In this document: positions 7,804 through 17,596 of the stretch, piece by piece
How the letters are laid out: each line of letters begins with the position of its first letter
How positions within the stretch are numbered: position 1 is the first letter of the stretch
DNA from: a virus
Lineage: Duplodnaviria > Caudoviricetes
Length of the DNA: 57,186 nt
Direction: 5' to 3' (one strand)
IMG/VR virus record: IMGVR_UViG_3300020151_001089
Coordinates: 1-57,186 of that record
The notes under the pieces: model-generated
Database searches by the model: none
Seen by the model: the letters and a program-made list of their open reading frames with translations, nothing else
Told to the model about the DNA's origin: nothing
Position numbers and translations under genes: made by a program

Positions 7804-8558
7804 TGGCAAGAAAAAGAAGAAATCCTGACCAACCAATCGGCGTTGGAATGACTGCTAAGCAAATGAAGAGAAAAAAACCTATTAATTTAGATTTACTTCT
7901 CGATATTGATCCTTTGACCGATAATCAAAGAAAATTATTTGATTCTTATGATACCAATAAAAACTTAGTTGCATATGGTGCAGCAGGTACTGGTAAAACA
8001 TTTATTACCTTATATAATGCTCTGAGAGATGTTCTGGATGAAAATTCTCCATATGAAAAAATTTATATTGTTCGTTCTCTTGTAGCTACTAGAGAAATTG
8101 GATTTCTTCCTGGAGATCATGAAGATAAATCTTCTCTGTATCAAATTCCTTATAAGAACATGGTTAAGTACATGTTCCAACTGGCTTCTGATTCAGACTT
8201 TGAAATGCTTTATGGTAATTTAAAAACTCAAGGAACCATTAGTTTTTGGTCTACTTCTTTTATTCGTGGAACTACTCTTGATAAAGCAATTATTATTGTA
8301 GATGAATTCCAAAACTTGAATTTTCACGAATTAGATAGTATAATTACTCGTGTAGGTGAAGACACCAAAATTTGTTTTTGTGGTGATGCCACTCAGTCTG
8401 ATCTTGTAAAAACAAATGAAAGGAATGGAATTATTGACTTCTTAAAGATTTTAAGAATAATGCCATCATTCGATTTAATTGAATTTGGTGTTGAGGATAT
8501 TGTTCGTTCTGGTCTCTGTAAAGAATACATTATTGCAAAAACTCATTTAGGATTTTGA
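7803..8558 (+). CDS. phoH: PhoH-family ATPase
   Basis: GAAGTGKT...IGFLPG...FIRGTTL...IIVDEFQN...CGDATQSD...DIVRSGL. Confidence 0.95.
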   Translation: MARKRRNPDQPIGVGMTAKQMKRKKPINLDLLLDIDPLTDNQRKLFDSYDTNKNLVAYGAAGTGKTFITLYNALRDVLDENSPYEKIYIVRSLVATREIGFLPGDHEDKSSLYQIPYKNMVKYMFQLASDSDFEMLYGNLKTQGTISFWSTSFIRGTTLDKAIIIVDEFQNLNFHELDSIITRVGEDTKICFCGDATQSDLVKTNERNGIIDFLKILRIMPSFDLIEFGVEDIVRSGLCKEYIIAKTHLGF

Positions 8559-9235
8559 TGTTTACACATATTGATTTGAAACTCCCCAATCTTGAAAGAG
8601 AAACTGTAAATGGAGTTAGGTACTATAAAATTCCAGATAATGGCGAAATACTTAAGTTATTTTCTATTACTTCTGTAACTAGTCATAAAAATCGCCAGTT
8701 CTTTGCGAATTGGCGTAAAAAAATTGGTGAAGAAAAGGCAGATAAGATTACACGACAAGCAACAAGTCGTGGAACTGATATGCATACTCTTACTGAACAT
8801 CACCTTAAAAATGAAGAACTTCCACAAGTTCAACCTTTATCAGAATTCTTGTTTAAAATTGCGAAGGAAGAATTAAATAAGATAAATAATATTCATGCAT
8901 TAGAAAGTTCCCTATACAGCAAGGTATTAGGCGTTGCTGGAACCGTAGATTGTATTGCGGAATATAATGGGGAACTAGCAATTATAGATTTTAAGACATC
9001 TAAAAAACCAAAACCAGTAGACTGGATTGAACATTATTTTGTACAATGTATGGCATATGGATGTATGTTATACGAACTTACTGGATTACAAGTAAAAAAA
9101 CTTGTCATTATTATGGCATGTGAAAACGGAGAATGTGTTGTTTATGAAGAATATGATAAAGCAAAGTACATCAAACTTCTCACCGAGTATATTAGAGAGT
9201 TTGTTCAATTCAAACTTGGGGAATATGGAGACTAG
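8555..9235 (+). CDS. PD-(D/E)XK exonuclease (exonuclease A-like)
   Basis: SITSV...RGTDMH...AGTVDCIAEY...IIDFKTS...QCMAY. Confidence 0.85.
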   Translation: MMFTHIDLKLPNLERETVNGVRYYKIPDNGEILKLFSITSVTSHKNRQFFANWRKKIGEEKADKITRQATSRGTDMHTLTEHHLKNEELPQVQPLSEFLFKIAKEELNKINNIHALESSLYSKVLGVAGTVDCIAEYNGELAIIDFKTSKKPKPVDWIEHYFVQCMAYGCMLYELTGLQVKKLVIIMACENGECVVYEEYDKAKYIKLLTEYIREFVQFKLGEYGD

Positions 9236-9494
9236 AATAGAAAACGAATTTGAAAAAGTATTAGAAACTAAGTTCTTTTGTCCATCAAAGTTTGCACAAG
9301 AAATAGAAAAACTTGTACAAACTAATCTGGACATGAATTATATTGATGCGATAGTTTATTTTTGTGAAAAAAATAACATAGATTTAGAATCAGTTCCTAA
9401 ATTAATTTCGAAACCACTAAAAGAAAAAATTAAATATGATGCTATTGAATTAAACTTTTTAAAACGTACTTCTAGAGCAAAATTAGTATTTTAA
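9225..9494 (+). CDS. Late promoter transcription accessory protein gp33
   Basis: FAQEIEKLV...YIDAIVYFCEKNNID.ESVPKLISKPLKEKIKYDA; synteny before gp59 and gp32. Confidence 0.85.
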   Translation: METRIENEFEKVLETKFFCPSKFAQEIEKLVQTNLDMNYIDAIVYFCEKNNIDLESVPKLISKPLKEKIKYDAIELNFLKRTSRAKLVF

Positions 9495-9546
9495 TTCATT
9501 TTTCCCCGAAAAATTTTTCTGGGAAAATTTTCGTATGTAGGGTTTT

Positions 9547-10134
9547 ATGACACCATTTGATGTTTACAAGACATATCTTTCACTAAAAAATCATTTTACG
9601 AAAGAACAGTATGATTACCACAAGTATTGTGGTAAAGTTAGGGCACAATTACAATCTTTTTATAAGAGGAAAGATAGATATTGGTTTGAACGTTTGTCGA
9701 GACAAAAAAGTGATACCGAAGTTGTAGATTTTTTTGTTTCCAATTTTATTAATTGTAATGACCCACAATCTTTATGGATTGGTGAAATTATTAAGGATGG
9801 TGAACGTAGATATGATGATTGGAAAAAAAGAAAACAATCATTATCATATATCTTTAAAGAAGAAACCCAAGAATTGTTTGGAGAATATCCATTAGAAGAT
9901 GTCTTTAAATGTGAAAAGGGACATCCACCAATCTTAAAAAAATTCTTGAGTGGTAAAATTAGTTTAGAAACGATAGTCATTTATGATATGATATTCAGGT
10001 TCAGTAAAAGGTTTGATAAAAAACTTTTAGATCCAGTGTGGGAAATGGTTAGTTTTAAAATTAAAAAGTATAATTCGTTTCTAAATATTGATATATTTAA
10101 ATATAGAAAAATTCTGAAGGAGTGTGTATTATGA
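9547..10134 (+). CDS. Helicase loader gp59
   Basis: FDVYKTYLSLKNHF...YDYHKYCGK...FYKRKDRYWFERL; synteny. Confidence 0.88.
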   Translation: MTPFDVYKTYLSLKNHFTKEQYDYHKYCGKVRAQLQSFYKRKDRYWFERLSRQKSDTEVVDFFVSNFINCNDPQSLWIGEIIKDGERRYDDWKKRKQSLSYIFKEETQELFGEYPLEDVFKCEKGHPPILKKFLSGKISLETIVIYDMIFRFSKRFDKKLLDPVWEMVSFKIKKYNSFLNIDIFKYRKILKECVL

Positions 10135-10478
10135 GTTTTTTTGAATCTGAAGTAGTTCGTGCTGAAATGACGGAGATCACAGAACTACAAGAAGAACTTT
10201 ACAATAGTGTTTTTAAATTTTATCAGATGGATAATACTGGTAAAATGTCTCATGTTAATCTTCTTCAAAAACTTTTAGATAAACAAAAAATTCTTTATAC
10301 TCGTCTTTCTTTGTCCGACGATCCAGAAGCAAAGAAGATGAAAGAAAACATTTCTAAGTCTGCTACAATGATGGGATTACCTGAAAACGTAGACATGAAT
10401 ATAATTTTTTCAAATATGCAAAAGTTAATTGAAAGGATGAAAGATCAGATTGGCGAATTCAACCAAAATAATCCTTGA
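10131..10478 (+). CDS. Conserved cyanophage protein (DUF1825-like)
   Basis: MSFFESEVV...KQKILYTRLSLSDDPEA. Confidence 0.7.
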   Translation: MSFFESEVVRAEMTEITELQEELYNSVFKFYQMDNTGKMSHVNLLQKLLDKQKILYTRLSLSDDPEAKKMKENISKSATMMGLPENVDMNIIFSNMQKLIERMKDQIGEFNQNNP

Positions 10479-10503
10479 CATCCACGGGCATCTGCACTAC
10501 ACT
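10475..10503 (+). promoter_or_regulatory. sigma70-type promoter of gene 32
   Basis: TTGACA-17 nt-TACACT. Confidence 0.7.
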
Positions 10504-10575
10504 AGGTAAGTGCCCACCGCAGATGCCCCTCCAGGGCACCCAAAGGCCAAATCTAACGTAATACGAGGTAATCTA

Positions 10576-11520
10576 ATGTCTTTCACAGATCTTAAAAAGC
10601 AATCTTCTCTTGGTTCTCTAACACAAAAACTTGTTAAGGAAATGGAGAAGATGAACACTGGTTCTAATGGTGCTGATGAGCGTCTTTGGAAACCAGAAAT
10701 GGATAAAACTGGTAACGGTTATGCAGTTATCCGATTTCTTCCTGCTCCAGAAGGAGAAGATCTTCCTTGGGTAAAAATGTATGCCCATGGTTTCCAAGGT
10801 CCTGGTGGTTGGTATATTGAAAACTCCCTGACTACCATTGGACAAAAGGATCCCGTGTCTGAATACAATCGTGGATTGTGGAATACTGGCAACGAAAAGG
10901 ACAAAGAAACTGTCCGTAAGCAGAAGCGTAAACTGTCATACTATTCCAATATCTACGTTGTAAAGGATCCTGCAAATCCTTCTAATGAAGGTAAAGTGTT
11001 TCTTTTCAAATATGGTGCAAAAATCTTTGATAAAGTTATGGCAGCAATGCAACCAGAGTTCGAAGATGAAACTCCTATCAACCCATTTGATTTCTGGCAA
11101 GGTGCAAACTTTAAACTGAAAATCCGTAAGGTTGATGGATACTGGAATTATGACAAATCTGAGTTTGATCGTCCTGGTTCTCTTCTAGATGATGATGATG
11201 CAATGGAGGCAATTTGGAAGAAAGAATATTCTCTCAATCAATTAATTGCTCCTACTGAATTTAAAACATACGAAGAACTTGAAAAACGTCTCAAGTATGT
11301 TCTTGGTCAAAAAGCAACTCCTCGCTACCAAAATTCTGAAGAGAATGAGGATGAAGATAATACTCGTGGTTCTTTTACCCCTAGTTTTGAATCACGTAAT
11401 CAGACCTCAGAACTTCCTGACAATCTGAGTAAAGAACTAAATTCTATTGGATCTAGTTCTTATGAAGAAGAAGGAGAGGATGATGCAATGAGTTATTTCC
11501 AGCGTCTTGCTGAAAGTTGA
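10576..11520 (+). CDS. Single-stranded DNA-binding protein gp32
   Basis: DERLWKP..DKTGNGYAVIRFLP...WYIENSLTT...GANFKLKIRKV.GYWNYD; acidic tail; ATG 10576 after GAGGT. Confidence 0.95.
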   Translation: MSFTDLKKQSSLGSLTQKLVKEMEKMNTGSNGADERLWKPEMDKTGNGYAVIRFLPAPEGEDLPWVKMYAHGFQGPGGWYIENSLTTIGQKDPVSEYNRGLWNTGNEKDKETVRKQKRKLSYYSNIYVVKDPANPSNEGKVFLFKYGAKIFDKVMAAMQPEFEDETPINPFDFWQGANFKLKIRKVDGYWNYDKSEFDRPGSLLDDDDAMEAIWKKEYSLNQLIAPTEFKTYEELEKRLKYVLGQKATPRYQNSEENEDEDNTRGSFTPSFESRNQTSELPDNLSKELNSIGSSSYEEEGEDDAMSYFQRLAES

Positions 11521-13857
11521 TTACTCATAAATTCTAGGGTTATCACCTCTACTTAAGGTTCTGGACACGTATTGTTCAGAACCTTTTTCATATGTCATTA
11601 ATCTTTCTATATCATCGAAGATTAGATTTAAATATTTTGGTTTTAATAAGAAAATCTTTCTCTTTTTATCTTCCAAAGATAATTCATACTCATAATTTGT
11701 AATAGGTCTACAGCATTTTTTTCCTGGGATTTCTTCATATCTTTCTGATGTGTTATCATAATATATTGTCCCAGTAGTAACCTTTTTATACCAATTATAC
11801 CCATTGAATTTCCATTCTTGCCCTTTACGTCTGTATATTTCATTTACTGTTGGTTCATAAATGTTTCCAGGTGGTCCAATATAAATTGATGGTGCGGTGA
11901 CATAACCAGCACCTTTTTCTGTCAATACAATTTGCTCCACTTCACCAGCAAAAATTTTAGCATATCCTTCTGCTCTAATTGGTGTTGGTGGATTACCAAT
12001 AACTACTGACGGAGTAGATCTATAATTATATCCTGGATCTGTGATTATAATTGATCCAACCGTTGAATTATCTAATATTGCATAACCTTTTGCAGATCTT
12101 GCTGGAATTGGTGGTTCTATGGTTACTGTTGGTGGATTTGTATAACCACCACCAGGATCATCTATGACAATTTGTGCTAATTGCTCACTTGAAATTATTG
12201 CATGACCTTTTGCTGTTAAGTCAATATTATATTCATATATTTTTAAATTATCTCCACCAGAAATAAACAATCTTGTTTTGAGATCATTTATGTAAATATC
12301 TGTGATAGTTCCATCTTGAGATGAAGTATCCAATTGTGTAAGTAAAGATGCACTACTTACTAACCAGGGAGTTCCAAGATTAAAAACGTATGCTTTATCT
12401 GTATGTGCTCCCGCAGTATATAATTGAGTTCCATCATCACTAAAAGTAAATCCTAAAAAGAAATCTTCTCCAGTTAAAGCAGTCAAATCTATATAATCAA
12501 CTTCAGATCCTATTGTCGAAATATTCCATGCAGTGGATAATGGATATTTTCTAAGAACCATTGGAAAATCTATATCCATTAAAAATAAAAATTTACCATT
12601 ATCTTGTAGTCTTACTCCACATGGAGAACCAGCTGGAATGCTATGATTGTAAGTTGCAGTACTAATATTCCAAGCAGTAGATAAATTATATGATGCTACT
12701 TTATATCCAGTATCTGTTAATCCTGTTACATACATCACTTTACCATCTGGTTTAAATTCAACACCAGTTGTATAGATAAAAGTTATGCCTGTGGTTAATT
12801 GTTTTTCTCTAACATATGATCCTGTTGTAATATCCCAAGGAGTTGATAGATCATATTGTTCAATTTTTCTTTCTCCAATTTCAAAAACTCCATGTGCAGT
12901 ATATAAACGAGTTCCATCTGGAGAAACGTACATTCCATCCAATCCTTGACCAGTTGTAAATGATGATTCAGTTAAAAATGCTGCATTACCAATAATGTCT
13001 TCAGGTGTTGAGAAAGTAACTGTTGGGATGAATGTATATCCATAACCACCGCTTTGAATACCAACATTAGTTACTGTTCCACCTGCTCCTATGACTGCAG
13101 TAACTGTTGGTATAATAGTTTGTTCTGGTGGTGTAAAGAAAACTGTTGGTGCAACAAGGTATCCTTGTCCATTATTTGTTATTTGAACGCTTCCAATTTC
13201 TCTTTCACCTTGAACTGTAGATAAAGTTGCTACAGCTGTTGCTGTTATAACTGTATCTGGTTCTGAAAAAGTAACTAATGGTACACTTGTATATGCTGTA
13301 CCAGCTTTTGTTACAGTAACAGTATCTACTCTCGTATTATTAATAGTTGCTGATGCTATTGCATTAACTCCAGGAACTGGTTGTGGTAAAAATATATCTG
13401 GATCAGTCTCAACTCTATATTCTGGGGCATTGTAAAATGTTTCATCAACAATTAAGTTTGGTTGAACTATTGTAAGATTATCTTTTGTTCGGTATGCAAA
13501 TGTTTCGTAATGATGAATTCCAGAATATAAGTTTTCATATGAACCATATCTTCTCAATAATAATCTATCTAATTCTTGTTGAGATTTTGGCCATTCATCA
13601 TATACGTTTAATATGTTATTCGAAATTAAAACAATCCAGTCTAATGAGGAATCGCCATAAAATTCGAAAGCAACATTGTCTGGTCTCACATCACCTTTAA
13701 TGACATAATTATCAAAATATGAAAGATTTTGAAAGATGTCTTCTCTAATCTTTGCTCTTTGAAAAAGATTTTTTACTTGAATATATCCATTTATTGGAGC
13801 GTCATCAAGTCTATTTACATAATCAAAATTTGGTAGTTTTCTAAAATAATTTGACAT
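11521..13857 (-). CDS. Baseplate wedge protein gp53-like, with a ~500-aa internal insertion
   Basis: gp53-type N-terminus (YF..LP...RPDNVAFEFYGDS.LDWIVL..NNI....EWP...IHHYET) and C-terminus (ITNYEYE...EDKKRKIFLLKP.YL). Confidence 0.8.
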   Translation of the reverse strand: MSNYFRKLPNFDYVNRLDDAPINGYIQVKNLFQRAKIREDIFQNLSYFDNYVIKGDVRPDNVAFEFYGDSSLDWIVLISNNILNVYDEWPKSQQELDRLLLRRYGSYENLYSGIHHYETFAYRTKDNLTIVQPNLIVDETFYNAPEYRVETDPDIFLPQPVPGVNAIASATINNTRVDTVTVTKAGTAYTSVPLVTFSEPDTVITATAVATLSTVQGEREIGSVQITNNGQGYLVAPTVFFTPPEQTIIPTVTAVIGAGGTVTNVGIQSGGYGYTFIPTVTFSTPEDIIGNAAFLTESSFTTGQGLDGMYVSPDGTRLYTAHGVFEIGERKIEQYDLSTPWDITTGSYVREKQLTTGITFIYTTGVEFKPDGKVMYVTGLTDTGYKVASYNLSTAWNISTATYNHSIPAGSPCGVRLQDNGKFLFLMDIDFPMVLRKYPLSTAWNISTIGSEVDYIDLTALTGEDFFLGFTFSDDGTQLYTAGAHTDKAYVFNLGTPWLVSSASLLTQLDTSSQDGTITDIYINDLKTRLFISGGDNLKIYEYNIDLTAKGHAIISSEQLAQIVIDDPGGGYTNPPTVTIEPPIPARSAKGYAILDNSTVGSIIITDPGYNYRSTPSVVIGNPPTPIRAEGYAKIFAGEVEQIVLTEKGAGYVTAPSIYIGPPGNIYEPTVNEIYRRKGQEWKFNGYNWYKKVTTGTIYYDNTSERYEEIPGKKCCRPITNYEYELSLEDKKRKIFLLKPKYLNLIFDDIERLMTYEKGSEQYVSRTLSRGDNPRIYE

Positions 13858-13858
13858 T

Positions 13859-15196
13859 TTAGTAACCTATTTCGTCTGCGTTGAGTTTATGGTAATCATC
13901 TTCATATACTGGTTCTAATTCTACAAATTGCATTTGTAGTAAATATGAAACCATAGTACCATCTTCATCATATGCCATGTATGTTCCTTCAGGTGTATAA
14001 TCAACATTAAAAGATTGTAAAGCACATTTTCCTTTAATTTTATTTAATCCTGGGTGATCTTTTTCTTTAAATTTATATGCAATTTCAAATACATGAGGTG
14101 CTTTTAAAAATAAACTTGTTTGAGCTCTTTGTGGTGCCATTCCTTGTTTAAAAAATCTAATGATTTTTTTAATTTGGTCTGCTTCAGGTTTACTTCTTGC
14201 ATTTAATTTAAAGGTAAAATTAAATGGTCTTAATGAAGGACCTTCAAAAAGAAGTTCAACATTTGGATTTAAAATTGCACCATATAATCTAGGTAATATA
14301 TTATTAACACCAGTTGCTTCTTGTGCAAAATATGATGCTATTACTGCAGATATTGCATCATTTGTTCCTGCATTTTGTGTTGCTTGTTCAGTGGTACTTA
14401 GTAATTTTGTAAGAGCACTTTGAACACCACCCTCAACACCAGCATTAAAAATTTTAAGTGATTCTAATTGGGCTGCATTTATAGAATTTTCATTCCACTT
14501 TACTGAATTACTATCAGATATTTGTGATTGTATTGGTAACCATACTGTTCCTTGTCTGTCTCCAAAATTTCTATTTCCAAATTCACCTAAAGTTTCAGAT
14601 AGTTTCTTTGTACCATAATCAAATATTGAAAATGATACGTAATCATGTAGTTCGTTACCTCTATCTAATGGATATGCTAAGTTACCATAATCTGTTCTAG
14701 TCCCTTCTCTACTAGCAAAACCACCGAAAGAATTTAATTGTTCTGCAGATGCTGTTGCTGGTGCTCCCGTATCTTGGTTATCCGTTGATGTATTTGGATC
14801 TCCTCCTGTTGGTGATGTTGGAGTTGTAGTTGGTGCTCTAGTTCCTGACCAAGTATTATATGGTAAGAAAGTATTTGATGTGCGAAAATTATTTTTTTGA
14901 TCTTCTGGTAGTTGATCTATTATTCTTATCGTATTTAATCTAAATGTTTCTGAGTTTTGATTTAAAAATGCACCTATTGGAGTATTATCTGAACCAACTT
15001 GTTGAGATGAATTTAAAGGTGACCAAGATTTATTTGTGGGATTCCAAGATGCAATGACGCTACCATTTTGGTCAACTATATTTGGTGCTGAACCCGAATT
15101 TTGTGGATTTAATTGTACGCCAAATGTTCCTGTTCCAGTTCCAGTTTTAACAGGAAATAATGTAGTTTTACTTGTCGGTGTATTTTGTATGGGCAC
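13859..15196 (-). CDS. Baseplate tail-tube cap gp48-like
   Basis: LPI...ISDSNSV.W...NPNVELLFEGPSLRPFNFTF...IKKIIRFFK...VDYTP. Confidence 0.8.
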   Translation of the reverse strand: MPIQNTPTSKTTLFPVKTGTGTGTFGVQLNPQNSGSAPNIVDQNGSVIASWNPTNKSWSPLNSSQQVGSDNTPIGAFLNQNSETFRLNTIRIIDQLPEDQKNNFRTSNTFLPYNTWSGTRAPTTTPTSPTGGDPNTSTDNQDTGAPATASAEQLNSFGGFASREGTRTDYGNLAYPLDRGNELHDYVSFSIFDYGTKKLSETLGEFGNRNFGDRQGTVWLPIQSQISDSNSVKWNENSINAAQLESLKIFNAGVEGGVQSALTKLLSTTEQATQNAGTNDAISAVIASYFAQEATGVNNILPRLYGAILNPNVELLFEGPSLRPFNFTFKLNARSKPEADQIKKIIRFFKQGMAPQRAQTSLFLKAPHVFEIAYKFKEKDHPGLNKIKGKCALQSFNVDYTPEGTYMAYDEDGTMVSYLLQMQFVELEPVYEDDYHKLNADEIGY

Positions 15197-15229
15197 TATT
15201 GATCTTCCATTTTAAAGAAGAGGTTGTAT

Positions 15230-15586
15230 TTATTTAGTAATGAATTTGTAGTATTGAATATTTTGTAAATCGGTTAATTCATTATTTCTAACATGATGTA
15301 ACTGGCCAACCACTTCTACCCAAGTATAATTTCTTTGTTCTCTCCAATGATAATTATATCCTTTAAATCCCCATCTTTGAACTTCTAAACATGTGATTAG
15401 TGGGTGTTGATCATATGCTATATCTGGAGTTTTTGGTCTATAAACAAACGTATAATGTTTTCCTGGTATGGGTATTAAATCAATTTCTTTCAATGCATCC
15501 ATAATATAGATCATCAGATCTTCTGGATCAGTTACTCGTTTAATTTTTGATTTTAGTGACTTAATTCTGTTTATTTGTTTTGCCAT
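15230..15586 (-). CDS. gp2-like DNA end protector (short form)
   Basis: PGKHYTFVY.PKT...YDQHPLI...GFKGYNYHW; position between gp4 and gp48. Confidence 0.6.
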   Translation of the reverse strand: MAKQINRIKSLKSKIKRVTDPEDLMIYIMDALKEIDLIPIPGKHYTFVYRPKTPDIAYDQHPLITCLEVQRWGFKGYNYHWREQRNYTWVEVVGQLHHVRNNELTDLQNIQYYKFITK

Positions 15587-16029
15587 TAATTAATACCTAA
15601 ATCATCTTCGGTAATAATTTTAAATTGTAATAATCTATCTTCACACCATTCCTTTGCTGCTTTCCACTTTGCTTTATTAACTTCATAAGTTTTTGCTTCG
15701 TAGATAAAATTCTTTGTAACTCTTGATTTTTTTATTGGTGGTAAAGTTTGTCTTTTTGGTTTGACTTCTATAACATAAGTTTTTATTTCTCCAGATCGGT
15801 CTTTCATCTTCACTATAAAATCTGGATAATATCTGTGAACTCTTTTATCAATTGGTGATACGTATGGGATAGAAAATTCCTCACTTGCCCACTCAAGAAT
15901 ATTATCATTTACATCACACCACTTACAAAACTTTCTTTCCCAACTACTTCTACAAATTATATTATTGGGATTTCCTTTATATTTGTCTGGATTTGATGGG
16001 TGATATCTACTTTTTATACTTTCTCCCAT
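15586..16029 (-). CDS. Head completion nuclease gp4
   Basis: KYKGNPNNII.RSSWERKFCKWCD...WASEE...HRYYPDF...IEVKP...VNKAKWKAA. Confidence 0.9.
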   Translation of the reverse strand: MGESIKSRYHPSNPDKYKGNPNNIICRSSWERKFCKWCDVNDNILEWASEEFSIPYVSPIDKRVHRYYPDFIVKMKDRSGEIKTYVIEVKPKRQTLPPIKKSRVTKNFIYEAKTYEVNKAKWKAAKEWCEDRLLQFKIITEDDLGIN

Positions 16030-16061
16030 TATCTTGACTACATATAATATAATAGTACTTT

Positions 16062-16069
16062 TATTTATA
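16062..16069 (-). promoter_or_regulatory. T4-type late promoter for the gp4-gp2-gp48-gp53 operon
   Basis: TATAAATA on the minus strand, about 30 nt upstream of the gp4 start. Confidence 0.7.
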
Positions 16070-16074
16070 GATAG

Positions 16075-16839
16075 ATGCCAGCACCAAAAACGGTTGCAGA
16101 ACTCAAATCTAGTATCTTAAGACCTGCATTAACATCTCACTATTCAGTAACTGTTAAACCACCAGACTCAGCGGTAAAATTTATTAATGACAATTCTGCA
16201 ACTACATTTGATGGTCAATTTTTAGAAATATCATGTTGCGAGGCATCTTTACCTGGATCATCTTTAGCAACTTTAGATATTGTCAACGATTATGTTGGTG
16301 TTAGTGAAAAACATGCATACAGAAGATTATATGATGATAGGGCTGATTTTACATTTTATGTGGATCATGATTATAGACCAATACGATTATTTGAATCATG
16401 GATGAAATATATTACTAAAGAGGAATTTGCTACTGGTGTTAGAAAGAGAACATTTACTTCTAGACCTCGTTGGCCAGATCAATATTGTACCGACGAATTG
16501 GTTATTGATAAATTTGAGAGAGATCATACTGGACTACTTCGTTATAGATTTATCAAAGCATTTCCCGTAAGTATTAATTCAATGCCAGTATCTTATGATG
16601 CATCTAATTTATTAAAGGTAACAGTTTCATTTGTTTATAGTAGATATTATATTGATGGATTTAAAGAAACTAAACTTGACACACCAACAGTAGCAAATGC
16701 TGCAGAATTTAATAACTCTCAATACGCTGCTGATCTAACAGGTCAATTTGGACAGACTGGGCAAAACTTGACAGTAAATCCTCTTGGAAATGGTGGTAGT
16801 GTAGGAAACCTTTTGGGTAGGTTTGGACCTGGGTTTTAA
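16075..16839 (+). CDS. Tail tube initiator gp54-like / tube-fold protein
   Basis: C.EASLPG...FTFYVD.DY....FESWM...AFPVSI..MPVSY......KVTVSF.Y. Confidence 0.7.
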   Translation: MPAPKTVAELKSSILRPALTSHYSVTVKPPDSAVKFINDNSATTFDGQFLEISCCEASLPGSSLATLDIVNDYVGVSEKHAYRRLYDDRADFTFYVDHDYRPIRLFESWMKYITKEEFATGVRKRTFTSRPRWPDQYCTDELVIDKFERDHTGLLRYRFIKAFPVSINSMPVSYDASNLLKVTVSFVYSRYYIDGFKETKLDTPTVANAAEFNNSQYAADLTGQFGQTGQNLTVNPLGNGGSVGNLLGRFGPGF

Positions 16840-16841
16840 TT

Positions 16842-16849
16842 TATAAATA
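16842..16849 (+). promoter_or_regulatory. T4-type late promoter
   Basis: TATAAATA 26 nt upstream of the gp26 ATG. Confidence 0.75.
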
Positions 16850-16874
16850 AAGCATCTGAATTCTATAGGACATT

Positions 16875-17594
16875 ATGCCTTTACCGAAGATTTCTACACC
16901 AACATATGAGTTGGATTTGCCATCAACTGGAAAGAAAATTACATACCGACCTTTTTTAGTTAGAGAAGAAAAACTTTTAGTTATTGCTTTAGAAACAGAA
17001 GATTCTAAACAAATAACAAATGCTATTAAGAATGTAATTGGGAATTGTATCCTTACAAAAAATATAAAAGTAGAAACTTTACCAACCTTTGATATTGAAT
17101 ATTTGTTTTTAAATATTAGAGGAAAATCTGTTGGTGAAGAATTAGAAGTTAATATTATTTGTCCAGATGATGGAAAAACTACGGCAGCAGTAAAAATTAA
17201 TATAGATGATATTCACGTTCAGAAAAATCCCAAACATTCAACAAAAATTAATTTAGATGATAATTTATTTTTAGAAATGAAGTATCCTTCATTGGATCAA
17301 TTTATTAAAAATAATTTTGATTTTACTTCTTCAAATAACATGGAGCAATCATTTGATCTTGTTGCTTCCTGTGTCGATAAAGTTTATAGTGAAGAAGAAA
17401 CTTGGGCTATGTCGGATGTAACTAAATCTGAAGTGATTGAATTTTTGGATCAGATGAATTCTTCTCAATTTAAAAAAGTTGAGGAATTCTTTGAAACTAT
17501 GCCAAAACTTTCTCATGAAATTAAAGTTAAAAATCCAAATACTAAAGTTGAAAGCACTGTAATTCTGGAAGGGTTATCAAGTTTTTTCGTATAG
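16875..17594 (+). CDS. Baseplate hub subunit gp26
   Basis: MPLPKI.TPTYEL.LPSTGKKI.YRPFLVREEK...FDIEYLFLNIRGKSVGE. Confidence 0.88.
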   Translation: MPLPKISTPTYELDLPSTGKKITYRPFLVREEKLLVIALETEDSKQITNAIKNVIGNCILTKNIKVETLPTFDIEYLFLNIRGKSVGEELEVNIICPDDGKTTAAVKINIDDIHVQKNPKHSTKINLDDNLFLEMKYPSLDQFIKNNFDFTSSNNMEQSFDLVASCVDKVYSEEETWAMSDVTKSEVIEFLDQMNSSQFKKVEEFFETMPKLSHEIKVKNPNTKVESTVILEGLSSFFV

Positions 17595-17596
17595 CC

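Noticed and set aside
8555-9235. Cas4/CRISPR association of the PD-(D/E)XK nuclease
   Set aside because: No Fe-S cysteine set typical of Cas4, no array or other cas genes; it sits in the usual phoH-exonuclease-gp33-gp59-gp32 core synteny
10510-10575. N-terminal extension of gp32 from GTG 10510
   Set aside because: ATG 10576 has an SD (GAGGT) and gives the typical MSF..LKK start; the upstream part looks like a structured leader
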